Positions 19,953 through 29,863 of a DNA stretch of 32,000 nucleotides are shown here, in pieces (the first letter of the stretch is position 1; every line of letters starts with the position of its first letter). Source of the stretch: Bacillus subtilis subsp. subtilis str. 168. GTDB lineage: Bacteria > Bacillota > Bacilli > Bacillales > Bacillaceae. The translations under genes were made by a program, and so were the position numbers. Below the pieces are notes generated by a model. That model was not told the origin of the DNA. It saw nothing but the letters and a program-made list of their open reading frames with translations, and ran no database searches. The DNA lies in contig NC_000964.3 in NCBI RefSeq assembly GCF_000009045.1, positions 2,850,001 to 2,882,000 of the forward strand, read 5' to 3'.

Positions 19953-19984
19953 AGTCCGCGCCATTAAGACGTGGACTCGTTTTC
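19953..19984. terminator. Shared terminator of convergent yszA and ysxE
   Basis: On the plus strand: AGTCCGCG (19953..19960), loop CCATTAAGA, CGTGGACT (19970..19977, one G-U pair), then CGTTTTC. On the minus strand the same hairpin (one A-C mismatch) is followed by TGTTTGTTTAT. The ysxE stop codon (19964..19966) lies in the loop. Confidence 0.65.
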
Positions 19985-20989
19985 AGCCTGAAATTTTTTC
20001 TCTTGTTCAATCTGATGAATTTTCATCACAAACGGCTCTATGTTTTTCATTTGCCAATAAGCCTTTAATAATTGTGTACATTCCTCTTTTTCATGCTGTC
20101 TTTTCCCAGTTTGATAACCGTTCAGCACCTTGTACATGGCTGCCGGATATGCCATATAGCTGAGAAAAAGGCTGACTTCCGCTTCACGCAAAGGGAATGA
20201 TTTCGTATATCCATAAAACCATTCGACGCATTCCGGACAAGCTTTCGGAAAGCCTCTGAACATTTTTGTATAAAAGCCGAGCAGGTCGTTTTGCGGCGGA
20301 CCGACAGATGCTCTTTCGAAGTTTGTAAAATATCCGGTCCCGGCATCATTATACAGAAAATGGTGTATAGACAGGCTGCCGTGGTTCATTACAACCCTTG
20401 AAACGTCCTTTTCCTTTGCGGACTCATACCAGTCCTCCAGCCGTTCCAGCGCAAAGTTCACCGCGGAAATGGTTTCAGAAAAATAGGTTATGGCCTGGAG
20501 TTCAAAGGGAGAAAGGTACCATTCCTTCTCCGCTCTATCCACAAACTGCTCATAGAAAATTTTATCTTGTTCCCACTTTTTTTTCGTTTGCCCGTAATAA
20601 CGTTCAATCTCATCACGTCTAACCTTTAGTTCCTGCGCGGTTCTCTCGTGAAGACGGGCTGTTTCTCTAAATAAATAAGCATGTTTTTGATCCCGTTCTT
20701 CCTCTTGGTCAAATTGGAGCCAAGGCATTAAATAGTAGATATCTCCGTATTGTATGCCTGCTGAGAAAAACTCACCGCTATTTGTTCTGTAAACGGGAAC
20801 GAATGAACGAAAGCCTTTTTCCTCAATCGCCACCATATGATCTGTAAAATGCTTGCCGCGACCTTCTTTCAATTTTTTCAGGGCAAATATGCCGTAGTCT
20901 GTATACACTTTCCAAACAAGAGGACTGACAGGCTCAATAAATTGAGCAGTCAGTCCGTATTCCTGAAGAACCGATTGGGTATCTTCCAT
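19964..20989 (-). CDS. ysxE: Spore coat protein YsxE (CotS / phosphotransferase-like fold)
   Basis: Listed ORF 19964..21001. ATG 20989 gives 341 aa. Kinase-like layout: N-lobe [12 protein letters not shown] with Lys, and [13 protein letters not shown] where CotS/APH-type kinases carry the HGD catalytic loop, so the site appears degenerate. The gene lies 32 nt downstream of spoVID. Confidence 0.88.
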
Positions 20990-21021
20990 TTCATTCACCA
21001 CATTTTCCGATCACTTACGGT

Positions 21022-22749
21022 TTACGCATGGCTATTTTTATATTGAGGAATATAGAGAATCTGTCCTGCTTTTAATTCATCATCCAAGGCTAAAGAATTC
21101 ATCCTGATCAGCTGCTGGGATGTAATTTCATACCGTTCGCATAAACGCTCGATCGTATCTTCCTGCTGCACAATACAAATTTTCATTCTCGAAAACTCAT
21201 CCGCTTCTTTTGTAAAGAGTTTTGTTAAATAAAGAGAATTATCACTTTCCTTTGTTTGAGGTTCCTTCGTTTCAGCAGCAGGAGCAACCCTAGGAACAGC
21301 ATCCGTTTCCTTCCTTTCAGTCTCAGAAGATTCAGGCAGCTGGAAGGATTGAAAAGGTGTTTCTTCCTTAGGCTCTTCAGCTGATGGTGTTTTTCTCACT
21401 TCAATTTCGAAGCTCTCTTCCTCTTGTTCTTCCTCCTCCAGCAGCTTAGGCGCTGAATAAAAAGAATCCTCCTCTTCTTGTTCAGGCAGGAAGGTACGGT
21501 ATGCCGGTTCAGGCAATTCTTCTTGAGATGCCTCCTCCGAGCTTGTTTTTTGATTGAAATGGAAATGTAAATCGGCATTGTCATTCTCCATATATACAGC
21601 TGAAGCTGTTTCTCTGCTATCTTCTATGGAGAGAGCGGCCTCTGATACACTCTCCAAAGCTTCATCCGGTTCCGCCTCTTCTTGGCAAAGCGCAGGATCA
21701 GCCTGATCCGATTGAGCTGCTTCTTCATTTTGAGCCTCTTGGCGCAGCGCATATTCATGATTAGGAGACACTGTTGTTTCCTCTTTTTCCTTTGCAATCA
21801 CAGTCTCTGAATGAAGCTCAGCTTCCAAAGCAGGCGATTCTTCTGCTCCAACGTGTTCACGAAGCTCAGTCTCCGCTGGAGAGTCTGCTTCTTCACGAAC
21901 ATCCGCTATTGCAGCTGCCGGCTCTGCCGTTTCTTTTTTTGCTTTAACGATCTCTTGAATCTCTATTTCTGAAGGATCAGGTTCTGGCTCAGATTCTTCT
22001 GTTTCCGATTCAGCACGAACCTCCGTTTCCGGCACAGCAAGCTCTTCTGACTCTTCTTCCTCTTTCACATCTTCTCTGGCCTCTGGTTCTGAAGCAACCG
22101 ATTCAGGCGGCTCAGATTCTGCTTTTTCTGTCTCCAGTTCTTCACGGAGCCCCGCTTTCGAGATAAAAAGTTCTGGCGGTTCGGCTGGCGGTTCATGCTG
22201 AAGAACTGCTTCCTCTGCCGATGATGCACCCGGTTCTTCTACTACACTATGTGCCGGCGGCTCTGAAAGCTCTTCCTCCCTGAATGCCGCAGGAGCTTCA
22301 TATAAAGGTATCTCCGGCTCTTTGTCTTGCGTATCGTCCAAAAGCCCTTCGATCGCTAAATCAGCTTGAATTGTTAAAATGCGCGAATCCGTCAATTGAT
22401 AGTCAAATGCGTCAATAAAGACGAAGACATCCTGTAAATGGCTCACTTTATTTTTCGGAATGGTAATATCCACAGGAAAACAGTGAGTCAGTTCCGCACT
22501 TCCATCCTCTCTCTTTCTGACTTGTTCAACAAACCGCTTATCTGTATAAATCTCTTCGGTATGTTTGTTTTGATCTATGTTGTACTCACCTGTAAGTTCA
22601 AGCGATCCTATGATTGATACATAATCATTTACTTCCTGAACCCTAATATCAGGATCTAATGAAATAGAAAGCAGTTCAGAAACTTCCTGTCCTTTTTGGA
22701 AACAGATCGATTCTTCTACAGAAAATTGCAATCGATGATTTTGCGGCAA
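21022..22749 (-). CDS. spoVID: Spore coat morphogenetic protein SpoVID (N-terminal structured domain, long acidic region, C-terminal LysM)
   Basis: Listed ORF 21022..22755. ATG 22755 lies only 2 nt after GGAGGA, whereas TTG 22749 lies 8 nt after it and gives 575 aa. The C-terminal LysM reads ICIVQQEDTIERLCERYEITSQQLIRMNSLALDDELKAGQILYIP. The central part is strongly Glu-rich. Confidence 0.93.
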   Translation of the reverse strand: MPQNHRLQFSVEESICFQKGQEVSELLSISLDPDIRVQEVNDYVSIIGSLELTGEYNIDQNKHTEEIYTDKRFVEQVRKREDGSAELTHCFPVDITIPKNKVSHLQDVFVFIDAFDYQLTDSRILTIQADLAIEGLLDDTQDKEPEIPLYEAPAAFREEELSEPPAHSVVEEPGASSAEEAVLQHEPPAEPPELFISKAGLREELETEKAESEPPESVASEPEAREDVKEEEESEELAVPETEVRAESETEESEPEPDPSEIEIQEIVKAKKETAEPAAAIADVREEADSPAETELREHVGAEESPALEAELHSETVIAKEKEETTVSPNHEYALRQEAQNEEAAQSDQADPALCQEEAEPDEALESVSEAALSIEDSRETASAVYMENDNADLHFHFNQKTSSEEASQEELPEPAYRTFLPEQEEEDSFYSAPKLLEEEEQEEESFEIEVRKTPSAEEPKEETPFQSFQLPESSETERKETDAVPRVAPAAETKEPQTKESDNSLYLTKLFTKEADEFSRMKICIVQQEDTIERLCERYEITSQQLIRMNSLALDDELKAGQILYIPQYKNSHA

Positions 22750-22796
22750 GTTCATATCCTCCTTTCATCTAATCCTTAAAATTAGATGTCACTAAA

Positions 22797-22825
22797 GGTG
22801 TATGTATGAACTGGAGAAAATATGA
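22797..22825 (-). promoter_or_regulatory. SigmaE-type promoter of spoVID-ysxE
   Basis: On the minus strand: TCATATT (22825..22819), a 14-nt spacer, then CATACACC (22804..22797). The consensus is kmATATT - 14 nt - CATACAmT. The -35 is perfect and the -10 core CATACA is perfect. Confidence 0.7.
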
Positions 22826-22838
22826 GTGGGAGAGCACG

Positions 22839-22872
22839 AAAAAACCGGCACAAGGAGTCCTTGATACCGGTT
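22839..22872 (-). terminator. Intrinsic terminator of the hemAXCDBL operon
   Basis: On the minus strand: AACCGG-TAT-CAAGG-ACT-CCTTG-TG-CCGGTT followed by TTTTCG. It begins 8 nt after the hemL stop. Confidence 0.85.
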
Positions 22873-22879
22873 TTCACTC

Positions 22880-24172
22880 TTATCTGCGGCTGATCTCAGC
22901 AAATACTTTCTCAGCTGCCTGGATTGTGTTTTCAATATCTTCATCAGTATGGGCCGTTGAGAGGAAAAGACCTTCGAATTGTGATGGCGGAAGGAATACC
23001 CCTTCATTTGCCATCCCTTTATAATAGCTTGCGAACAGCTTCAAATCAGATGATTTCGCTGTTTCATAATTGATGACTGGTTCGTTTGTAAAGAAGAAAC
23101 CGATCATCGAACCTGCACGGTTAAAGGTATGCGGAATGCCATGAGCCCCGGCGGTTTTTGAAATTCCTTCTTCCAGTCTGTCGCCTTTTTTGATGAAATT
23201 CTTGTAGGATTCAGGTGTCAGCTGTTTCAATGTCTCTAAGCCAGCCGTCATCGCAAGCGGGTTGCCTGACAATGTACCAGCTTGATAGATCGGACCGCTT
23301 GGAGCGATCTGCTCCATGATTTCTGCCTTTCCGCCATAAGCGCCGACAGGAAGTCCGCCCCCGATTACTTTTCCTAAACAAGTCAGATCAGGCGTTACGC
23401 CGAAGTAGCCTTGAGCGCAGTTATAATCGACCCGGAAGCCAGTCATCACTTCATCAAAAATCAGCAGGGAGCCGTACTGCTCAGTGATATCACGCAGACC
23501 CTGAAGGAAACCTTCTTGCGGCGGAACAACACCCATATTTCCGGCAACTGGCTCTACAATGACTCCCGCAATGTCTTCACCGAATTGCTGGAAAGCAAGC
23601 TTTACACTTTCTAAATCATTGTACGGAACGGTGATGGTGTTTTTCGCAATGCCTTCAGGCACCCCCGGGCTGTCAGGCAGACCGAGAGTGGCAACACCTG
23701 AACCAGCTTTAATCAAGAGAGAATCGCCGTGTCCGTGGTAGCAGCCCTCAAATTTTAAAATCTTGTTGCGGCCCGTATAGCCCCTTGCCAAACGGAGGGC
23801 ACTCATTGTAGCCTCTGTTCCGGAGCTTACCATTCGTACAATTTCTACAGATGGCACACGATCAATGACGAGCTTAGCCAGTTCATTTTCTACTTCAGTC
23901 GGAGCACCAAAGCTTGTCCCGTATTCAGCCACTTTTTTGAGGCTTTCTACGACGCGGTCATTTGTATGCCCTAAAATTAAAGGCCCCCATGACAAGACGT
24001 AGTCAATATATTCATTCCCGTCAATATCAAAGATTTTCGAGCCTTTTCCGCGCTCCATAAAAATCGGGTCCATGTCTACCGATTTAAATGCGCGAACGGG
24101 ACTGTTCACACCGCCCGGCATGAGTTTTTGCGCTTCTTTAAAAGCCGTTTTTGATTTTTCATAGCTTCTCAT
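22880..24172 (-). CDS. hemL: Glutamate-1-semialdehyde 2,1-aminomutase
   Basis: Listed ORF 22880..24181. ATG 24172 gives 430 aa. Class-III aminotransferase fold, FDEVMTGFR, and the PLP-lysine region CLGKVIGGG. Confidence 0.96.
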
Positions 24173-24201
24173 CTGCCTCAACTCCTGTCAACTGAATAAA
24201 A

Positions 24202-25176
24202 TTACTCCGCAAGCCATTTCGCTGCGTCTTTCGCATGATACGTAATAATCAGGTCGGCACCCGCGCGCTTCATGCTTGTCAAAATTTCCAACACAATTTC
24301 TTTTTCTTTGATCCAGCCGTTCTGCGCTGCAGCCTTCACCATTGAATACTCTCCGCTTACATTATAAGCGACGAGCGGCAAAGTAAACTCATTTTTTACG
24401 TCACGCATGATATCCATATAAGAAAGCGAAGGTTTGACAATCAAAAAGTCCGCGCCTTCCTCAACATCTGATTGTGCTTCGCGGAGTGCCTCCATACGGT
24501 TGGCAGGGTCCATCTGATATGTTTTGCGGTCTCCGAATTGCGGTGTGCTGTTTGCTGCATCACGGAACGGACCGTAAAACTCACTTGAATATTTAACAGC
24601 GTAAGACATGATGGGAATATTGACGAATCCTTCTTTATCAAGTGCTTCTCTGATCACTGTAACAAATCCGTCCATCATGTTTGATGGCGCAATGATATCC
24701 GCACCTGCTTTCGCTTGGCTGACAGCTGTCTGCGCCAAAAGCTCCAGCGATTCATCATTGAGAATGACTCCGTCTTTGACAAGTCCGCAATGGCCGTGGT
24801 CTGTATATTCGCACAGGCACGTGTCAGCGACAACAACCATTTCAGGGAAGTGTTCTTTAATTTCTGTGATGGCTTTTTGGACAATTCCGTGATCATGGTA
24901 CGCTTGTGTTCCGCAATCATCTTTTTCTTCCGGGATGCCGAACACGATAACAGATTGAATGCCCAGTTTGACCAGCTCCGCTACTTCATCCTTCAATAAA
25001 TCTAATGATACATGGTGAACATCAGGCATTGACGGAACAGCTTTTTTGCCTTCCAGCCCTTCAACGACAAAAATCGGATATATAAAATCTGATGGATGCA
25101 AACGTGTTTCCTTTACCATTTCTCTCATTGCTTTTGATGTCCGCAGGCGGCGGTGTCTATTAAATGATTGACTCAT
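24202..25176 (-). CDS. hemB: Porphobilinogen synthase (ALA dehydratase)
   Basis: Listed ORF 24202..25206. ATG 25176 gives 324 aa and overlaps the hemD stop (ATGA). Cys-rich zinc site [14 protein letters not shown] and Schiff-base lysine region [10 protein letters not shown]. Confidence 0.96.
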   Translation of the reverse strand: MSQSFNRHRRLRTSKAMREMVKETRLHPSDFIYPIFVVEGLEGKKAVPSMPDVHHVSLDLLKDEVAELVKLGIQSVIVFGIPEEKDDCGTQAYHDHGIVQKAITEIKEHFPEMVVVADTCLCEYTDHGHCGLVKDGVILNDESLELLAQTAVSQAKAGADIIAPSNMMDGFVTVIREALDKEGFVNIPIMSYAVKYSSEFYGPFRDAANSTPQFGDRKTYQMDPANRMEALREAQSDVEEGADFLIVKPSLSYMDIMRDVKNEFTLPLVAYNVSGEYSMVKAAAQNGWIKEKEIVLEILTSMKRAGADLIITYHAKDAAKWLAE

Positions 25177-25961
25177 ATTCTCTCTTCCTCTCTTGACATG
25201 CTGCACATTAACTCAAGCATGCCATCTATTGTAAATGTATCAGGCGTATGCGATGTGATGCCGTACGTCAGAAGGGCATCATTTGTTAAAGGCCCAATGC
25301 TGATACAGGCCGTCCCATTCGCCTTCCACTTTTTTAATTCTTCTCCCAAGACATGCATAAACGTATGTACGGTTGATGAACTCGTAAATGTTACATAGTC
25401 AAAGGAATATTGACCCGCAGCGTCTTTCAATGCCTCAATGCCTTCTTCATCCGGAATCGTTTCGTAGAGAACCCATTCCTTTACTTCAAAACCGAGCGGG
25501 ACAAGCTCTTGTTTTATCACATCACGTGACAAATTCCCTTTCATCACGGTAATGGTCTCCCCCGGTTCAGCATGCTGCTTAAGAGCGTCAGCCAATTGTT
25601 CAGCAATATACTCCTGTGGCATCACATCAACCGATACGTTATGCATTTTTAAACGGCGCGCGGTTTTTTCACCGACGGCTGCAATTTTTTTATGCGCAGG
25701 GAGAATAAGCTGATTTTCCTTCAGATAAGAAAAAAAGAAGTCTGCCCCGTTCACACTTGTAAAAACAAGCCAGCCTGGCGCGGCAAGATCCTCTCTTACC
25801 TGTTCCGCAACATCATTCGGCAAAGCGCGGCGAAACGTAATCAAAGAGGTTAAAACCGCTTTACCGCCAAGCGCCTCCACTTTTTGCTGAAATGATGCTG
25901 CCTGTGCCTTATTCCGGGTGACAAGCACTGTTTTTCCTTTCAACGGAAAATCATTTTCCAT
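25173..25961 (-). CDS. hemD: Uroporphyrinogen-III synthase
   Basis: Listed ORF 25173..25970. ATG 25961 gives 262 aa and overlaps the hemC 3' end by 11 nt. HemD-type two-lobe layout and its position between hemC and hemB. Confidence 0.9.
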
Positions 25962-26895
25962 CCTCGTCAAGCTCCCGTTTTACACGATCAATTAAATCTT
26001 TTGCTCCTTTGTCAGCCATAAGAGCGGCACAGCGCTTTCCTACTTCCTCCGGATCGTTTCCGGTGACGGTTTCTTTAAAAATGATTTTGCCGTCAGGTGA
26101 AGCGACAAGACCTGTCATTTCAATTTCATCCTGTCCATTTAACACGGAGTAGCCCGCGATCGGAACCTGGCAGCCGCCCTCCATCGCGTTTAAAAAAGCA
26201 CGTTCCGCTAAGACAGTCCGTTTTGTATATTCATCTGTAAACTGAGAAAACAACGCCAACAGCTCTTCATCCGATTCTCGGCACTCAATCGCCAGGGCTC
26301 CCTGCCCCACAGCAGGCAAACAGCGCTCAGGCTCAAGGAATTCGGTTACGACATCTTGCTTCCAACCCATTCTGGAAAGGCCGGCAGCCGCTAAAATAAT
26401 TGCGTCATAATCCTCTGTTTCCAGCTTTTGAAGTCTTGTATCTATATTACCTCTAATCCATTTAATTGTAAGGTCAGGGCGCTCAATCAAAAGCTGCGCG
26501 CTTCTTCTTAAACTGCTTGTGCCAATGACAGCACCTTTCTTCATTTCTGAAAGCTTTACGCGATTCTTTGAAATAAGGGCATCACGCGGGTCCTCCCGTT
26601 CAGGAATACAGCCGATCACAAGGCCTTCAGGCAAAACAGCAGGCATGTCCTTCATGCTGTGCACTGCCATATCAATCTCTTCGTTTAAAAGCGCCTGTTC
26701 AATTTCTTTGACAAAAAGCCCTTTTCCACCCACTTTTGAGAGTGTAACATCGACAATCCGGTCGCCCTTTGTCACGATCTCTTTAATTTCAAAAGCAAAC
26801 GAAGGATTGATTTCCTTCAGTTTTTGAATAACCCATTTTGTTTGAGTCATAGCGAGTTTGCTCCGTCTGGAACCTACTTTAATCGTTCTCATCAT
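25951..26895 (-). CDS. hemC: Porphobilinogen deaminase (hydroxymethylbilane synthase)
   Basis: Listed ORF 25951..27009. ATG 26895 lies 6 nt after GGAGG and gives 314 aa (the adjacent ATG 26892 would give 313). [15 protein letters not shown]-terminus and the dipyrromethane-cofactor Cys in EGGCQVPI. Confidence 0.95.
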   Translation of the reverse strand: MMRTIKVGSRRSKLAMTQTKWVIQKLKEINPSFAFEIKEIVTKGDRIVDVTLSKVGGKGLFVKEIEQALLNEEIDMAVHSMKDMPAVLPEGLVIGCIPEREDPRDALISKNRVKLSEMKKGAVIGTSSLRRSAQLLIERPDLTIKWIRGNIDTRLQKLETEDYDAIILAAAGLSRMGWKQDVVTEFLEPERCLPAVGQGALAIECRESDEELLALFSQFTDEYTKRTVLAERAFLNAMEGGCQVPIAGYSVLNGQDEIEMTGLVASPDGKIIFKETVTGNDPEEVGKRCAALMADKGAKDLIDRVKRELDEDGK

Positions 26896-26927
26896 TTCTT
26901 TCCTCCCGAATCTGCTTGGGACATCGT

Positions 26928-27758
26928 TTAACTGAACCAATGGAATTGCGACAGGCTTCCAAGCAGGAAATAATTGATCATCAGCACCAGAAAACAAGCC
27001 GTATTCCACAGTGCAGCGACCTTTCCTTGCAGCTCCTTAATCAGCCTGATATAAAGATAATAGCTGTACAGCAGCAGGACGACAAACGAACCAAGCACTT
27101 TGGCGTCAAACCAATACAGCGTTTCTAGTGAGACATACGCCCAAATGACGCCGAGAATCAAACTCAGCAGCAGCATCGGAACCCCAATGACATTTAAAAC
27201 ATACGCCATATAATCAAGCTTAGATAAATCTTCTATTCTCAACAGCCATTTTCCCCACTTTTTCTTTTTCAGCAGATGATATTGAAACATATATAGCACA
27301 GAAAAAACGAAAGAAAGGGAAAAAGCGCCGTATGAAAGAATCGCCATTGTAATATGAATCACCAAAAGCTCGGATACAAGCTGCCCGGAAAAAGCAGCTG
27401 ACTGCTGCTCTGTCGGTGAAAATGTGTGAATGGCGATCATAGAAAATCCTATAACATTTGTAAAAAACACGATAAAGTCAACACGTAAAAGCTTTGTCAG
27501 TACAAGTGACAGCGTGACAAGCACCCAGGCATAAAAATAAAGTGCCTCTGTCACATTTAATACCGGAAACCGCCCCGTCACCCACATAAAATAGGCCAAA
27601 TACACGGTTTGCAGAGTCCAGACAATAGAAAGCAACCAGAAGGCCATTTTTCCAGCCTTCCGGTTGTGTTGAAGAAAATCTATAAAATAAAAGAGTACAC
27701 TTAACGCGTAAATGACGATTGTCCCCTCATTAAGTCTTGCCATTGCAGTATCAATCAT
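26928..27758 (-). CDS. hemX: HemX, polytopic membrane protein (cytochrome c assembly CcsA-like family); negative effector of HemA level
   Basis: 276 aa with multiple hydrophobic segments throughout. It is located between hemA (7-nt gap) and hemC, as in B. subtilis hemAXCDBL. Confidence 0.92.
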   Translation of the reverse strand: MIDTAMARLNEGTIVIYALSVLFYFIDFLQHNRKAGKMAFWLLSIVWTLQTVYLAYFMWVTGRFPVLNVTEALYFYAWVLVTLSLVLTKLLRVDFIVFFTNVIGFSMIAIHTFSPTEQQSAAFSGQLVSELLVIHITMAILSYGAFSLSFVFSVLYMFQYHLLKKKKWGKWLLRIEDLSKLDYMAYVLNVIGVPMLLLSLILGVIWAYVSLETLYWFDAKVLGSFVVLLLYSYYLYIRLIKELQGKVAALWNTACFLVLMINYFLLGSLSQFHWFS

Positions 27759-27765
27759 TCAGCTT

Positions 27766-29133
27766 TCACTCACTTACAAGTGGGCTAAAGCCCGCTTTTG
27801 ATTCAGCCTTCTTAAAAGAGTGGACCTTCTGGCTGCTTTCAACGGTTTTCATCATTTGACGGCCCGCAGCTTCTTCAATATCAAAAATCTGCATAAACAA
27901 CGCGAGCTTTTCTTCAGAATCAGCATCTGCCGCAAGCTCTTTCACCTTTAAAATCGGATCACGAAGCATTTGGTTAATAATACTTTTGGTGTGTTTGTTC
28001 AACAGTTTTTTCTCTCTTGTGCTTAAGTGAGGCAGCTTACGCTCAATGCTGTCCATCGTTTCTGACTGGATGGCAAGCGCCTTTTCGCGCAATGCAGAAA
28101 TAACAGGCACAACACCAAGTGTATTCATCCATTGTTTAAATTCCACAATGGTTTCTTCAATTAACAGTTCAACTTTTTCAGCTGTTTCTCTCCGCTCTTT
28201 CATGTTCGCTTCTACAATGCCTTCCAGATCGTCGATATCATAAAGAAAAACACCTTCAAGATCATTCAGCGCCGGATCAAGATCTCTAGGCACGGCAATG
28301 TCGACCATAAACAGCGGACGTCCCTTGCGAAGCTTATTCGCGTTTTCCATCATCTCTTTGGACACGACAAATTCACTTGCACCGGTTGAACTGATTAAAA
28401 TATCAGCCTCCGCAAGCGCGCTTTCAAGCTGATTCAAGCTTCTCGCTTCACCTGAAAAACGGTCTGCAAGCTCCTTCGCTTTCAAGTATGTTCGGTTAAT
28501 GACAGTGACCTTGCCGATTCCCTGTCCGTGCAGGTTTTCCGCAGCAAGCTCGCCCATTTTTCCCGCACCGAGAATCAATATGTGCTTGCTTGAAAGATTT
28601 CCGAAGATTTTTTTGGCAAGTTCAACTGCAGCATAGCTTACTGACACCGCATTTGAGCCAATGTCTGTTTCGGCGTGAGTCCGTTTGCCCACTGTAACTG
28701 CCTGCTTAAACAGCTCATTAAAAATAGTCCCGATCGTTTTTTCTTGCTGAGCTGTTTTAAAGCTGTCGCGTACCTGTCCGAGAATCTGCGTTTCGCCAAT
28801 CACCATAGAATCAAGTCCGCAGGCTACACGGAATAAATGCTCAACAGCGGCATCGCTCTCATAAAACGTTAAGAACGGTGACAGCTCTTCTTTGCTTAAT
28901 TGAAACCAATCAGCTAAAAACTTTTTTATATAATAACGGCCGGTATGAAGCTGGTCGACTACCGCATAAATTTCAGTGCGGTTGCAGGTTGAGACAATGA
29001 TGTTTTCAAGAATGCTTTTCTCTTCTTTCAGCTGCACCATTGCTTCTGCCAGCTCATTCGGCTGAAAACTTACTTTTTCACGTATCTCAATAGGGGCGGA
29101 TTTATAATCTACTCCCACAACAAGTATATGCAT
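27766..29133 (-). CDS. hemA: Glutamyl-tRNA reductase
   Basis: Listed ORF 27766..29160. ATG 29133 gives 455 aa: [14 protein letters not shown].... Active-site Cys in STCNRTE and an NADPH Rossmann motif ILGAGKMG. Confidence 0.96.
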   Translation of the reverse strand: MHILVVGVDYKSAPIEIREKVSFQPNELAEAMVQLKEEKSILENIIVSTCNRTEIYAVVDQLHTGRYYIKKFLADWFQLSKEELSPFLTFYESDAAVEHLFRVACGLDSMVIGETQILGQVRDSFKTAQQEKTIGTIFNELFKQAVTVGKRTHAETDIGSNAVSVSYAAVELAKKIFGNLSSKHILILGAGKMGELAAENLHGQGIGKVTVINRTYLKAKELADRFSGEARSLNQLESALAEADILISSTGASEFVVSKEMMENANKLRKGRPLFMVDIAVPRDLDPALNDLEGVFLYDIDDLEGIVEANMKERRETAEKVELLIEETIVEFKQWMNTLGVVPVISALREKALAIQSETMDSIERKLPHLSTREKKLLNKHTKSIINQMLRDPILKVKELAADADSEEKLALFMQIFDIEEAAGRQMMKTVESSQKVHSFKKAESKAGFSPLVSE

Positions 29134-29167
29134 CGCTCTAATTACACCCCCAACACCCAATCTTAAT

Positions 29168-29212
29168 TTATAATCATTCTAACATAGAACTCATTATTTA
29201 TAATAATTATAA
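29168..29212. promoter_or_regulatory. Two PerR-type (Fur-family 7-1-7) operator boxes upstream of hemA
   Basis: TTATAATAATTATAA (29198..29212) matches the PerR box consensus TTATAATnATTATAA at all specified positions. TTATAATCATTCTAA (29168..29182) has one mismatch. Both lie in a 21-bp direct repeat (29167..29187 and 29197..29217, 19 of 21 identical) with a 30-bp period. On the hemA strand the copies read TGTTATAAT and TGTTAGAAT, which are extended -10-like elements. Confidence 0.8.
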
Positions 29213-29255
29213 CATAGTTTCTTTCACAAAATGTGAACAGATTTTAAAATTCTTA

Positions 29256-29264
29256 TGCTATATT
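29256..29264 (+). promoter_or_regulatory. Candidate extended -10 (TGCTATATT) for ysxD
   Basis: On the plus strand: TG-C-TATATT, about 100 nt upstream of the ysxD ATG. There is no good -35 at 16 to 18 nt (TGAACA sits at 19 nt). The call is weak. Confidence 0.3.
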
Positions 29265-29362
29265 AGAAAAAGCTTCAGGGAAAAGAAGCATTCCTATTGA
29301 CAATACCAAAAACAGCAGAAATTTACTACACATCAGCTCTAAAAAACAAGAAGGTGATATGC

Positions 29363-29860
29363 ATGAAACAAAAATCAATTTTATTCCCTTGTCTGCTGCT
29401 TGCCGCTTCTGTATATGCATGGCTAGAAAGCGGCCAAGCCGAACTGTTTTCAGGGCAGGATCAATGGCCTGTTCTCCTCATGCTGTTAGGCGCAGCCTTT
29501 GTATATCAAGGAAAAAAAGAAGCCGTCACACCCCATTTTTTTATCGGTTTGCTTCTCTTCGGGATCGGTTTACACTTTTTTGCCAAGCCGAAATGGGTAT
29601 GGTGGCCGGATGATTTTGAAATGCTCCTCTTTATGATCGGCTTCTCACTTCTCGTTTCAACCGTTCAAAAAAAAGAATATGTATATGAAGCTGTGTCGAT
29701 GATTTGTTTTTCCCTGTTTTTGTACTTTTTCAAACAAATTATGGCATGGCTTGAGTCTGCGCATATTCCAACAGCGCTTCTGAAGGAGTATTGGCCGTTT
29801 GTCTTTATTGGAATCAGTTTATTGTTATTATTGATAAAACGAAAAAAATCTATACGATAA
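29363..29860 (+). CDS. ysxD: Polytopic membrane protein of unknown function
   Basis: Listed ORF 29297..29860 begins at a TTG with no SD. ATG 29363 lies 5 nt after AAGGTGA and gives 165 aa. Several hydrophobic segments (ILFPCLLLAASVYAWL, WPVLLMLLGAAFVY, FFIGLLLFGIGLHFF, MLLFMIGFSLLVS, VSMICFSLFLYFF, WPFVFIGISLLLLLI). Confidence 0.85.
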   Translation: MKQKSILFPCLLLAASVYAWLESGQAELFSGQDQWPVLLMLLGAAFVYQGKKEAVTPHFFIGLLLFGIGLHFFAKPKWVWWPDDFEMLLFMIGFSLLVSTVQKKEYVYEAVSMICFSLFLYFFKQIMAWLESAHIPTALLKEYWPFVFIGISLLLLLIKRKKSIR

Positions 29861-29863
29861 ATA

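Noticed and set aside
21396-21584. 62-aa Lys/Arg-rich alternative-frame ORF inside spoVID, and an 84-aa alternative-frame ORF inside ysxD (29359..29613).
   Set aside because: These are frame-shifted readings of compositionally biased coding sequence (GAA-rich or hydrophobic-codon-rich). They have no independent initiation signals.
29296-29301. Perfect TTGACA upstream of ysxD, coinciding with the TTG that opens the 187-aa ORF-track version of ysxD.
   Set aside because: No acceptable -10 lies at 16 to 18 nt (the best is TTTACT at 19 nt). As a start codon it lacks an SD, whereas ATG 29363 has AAGGTGA.
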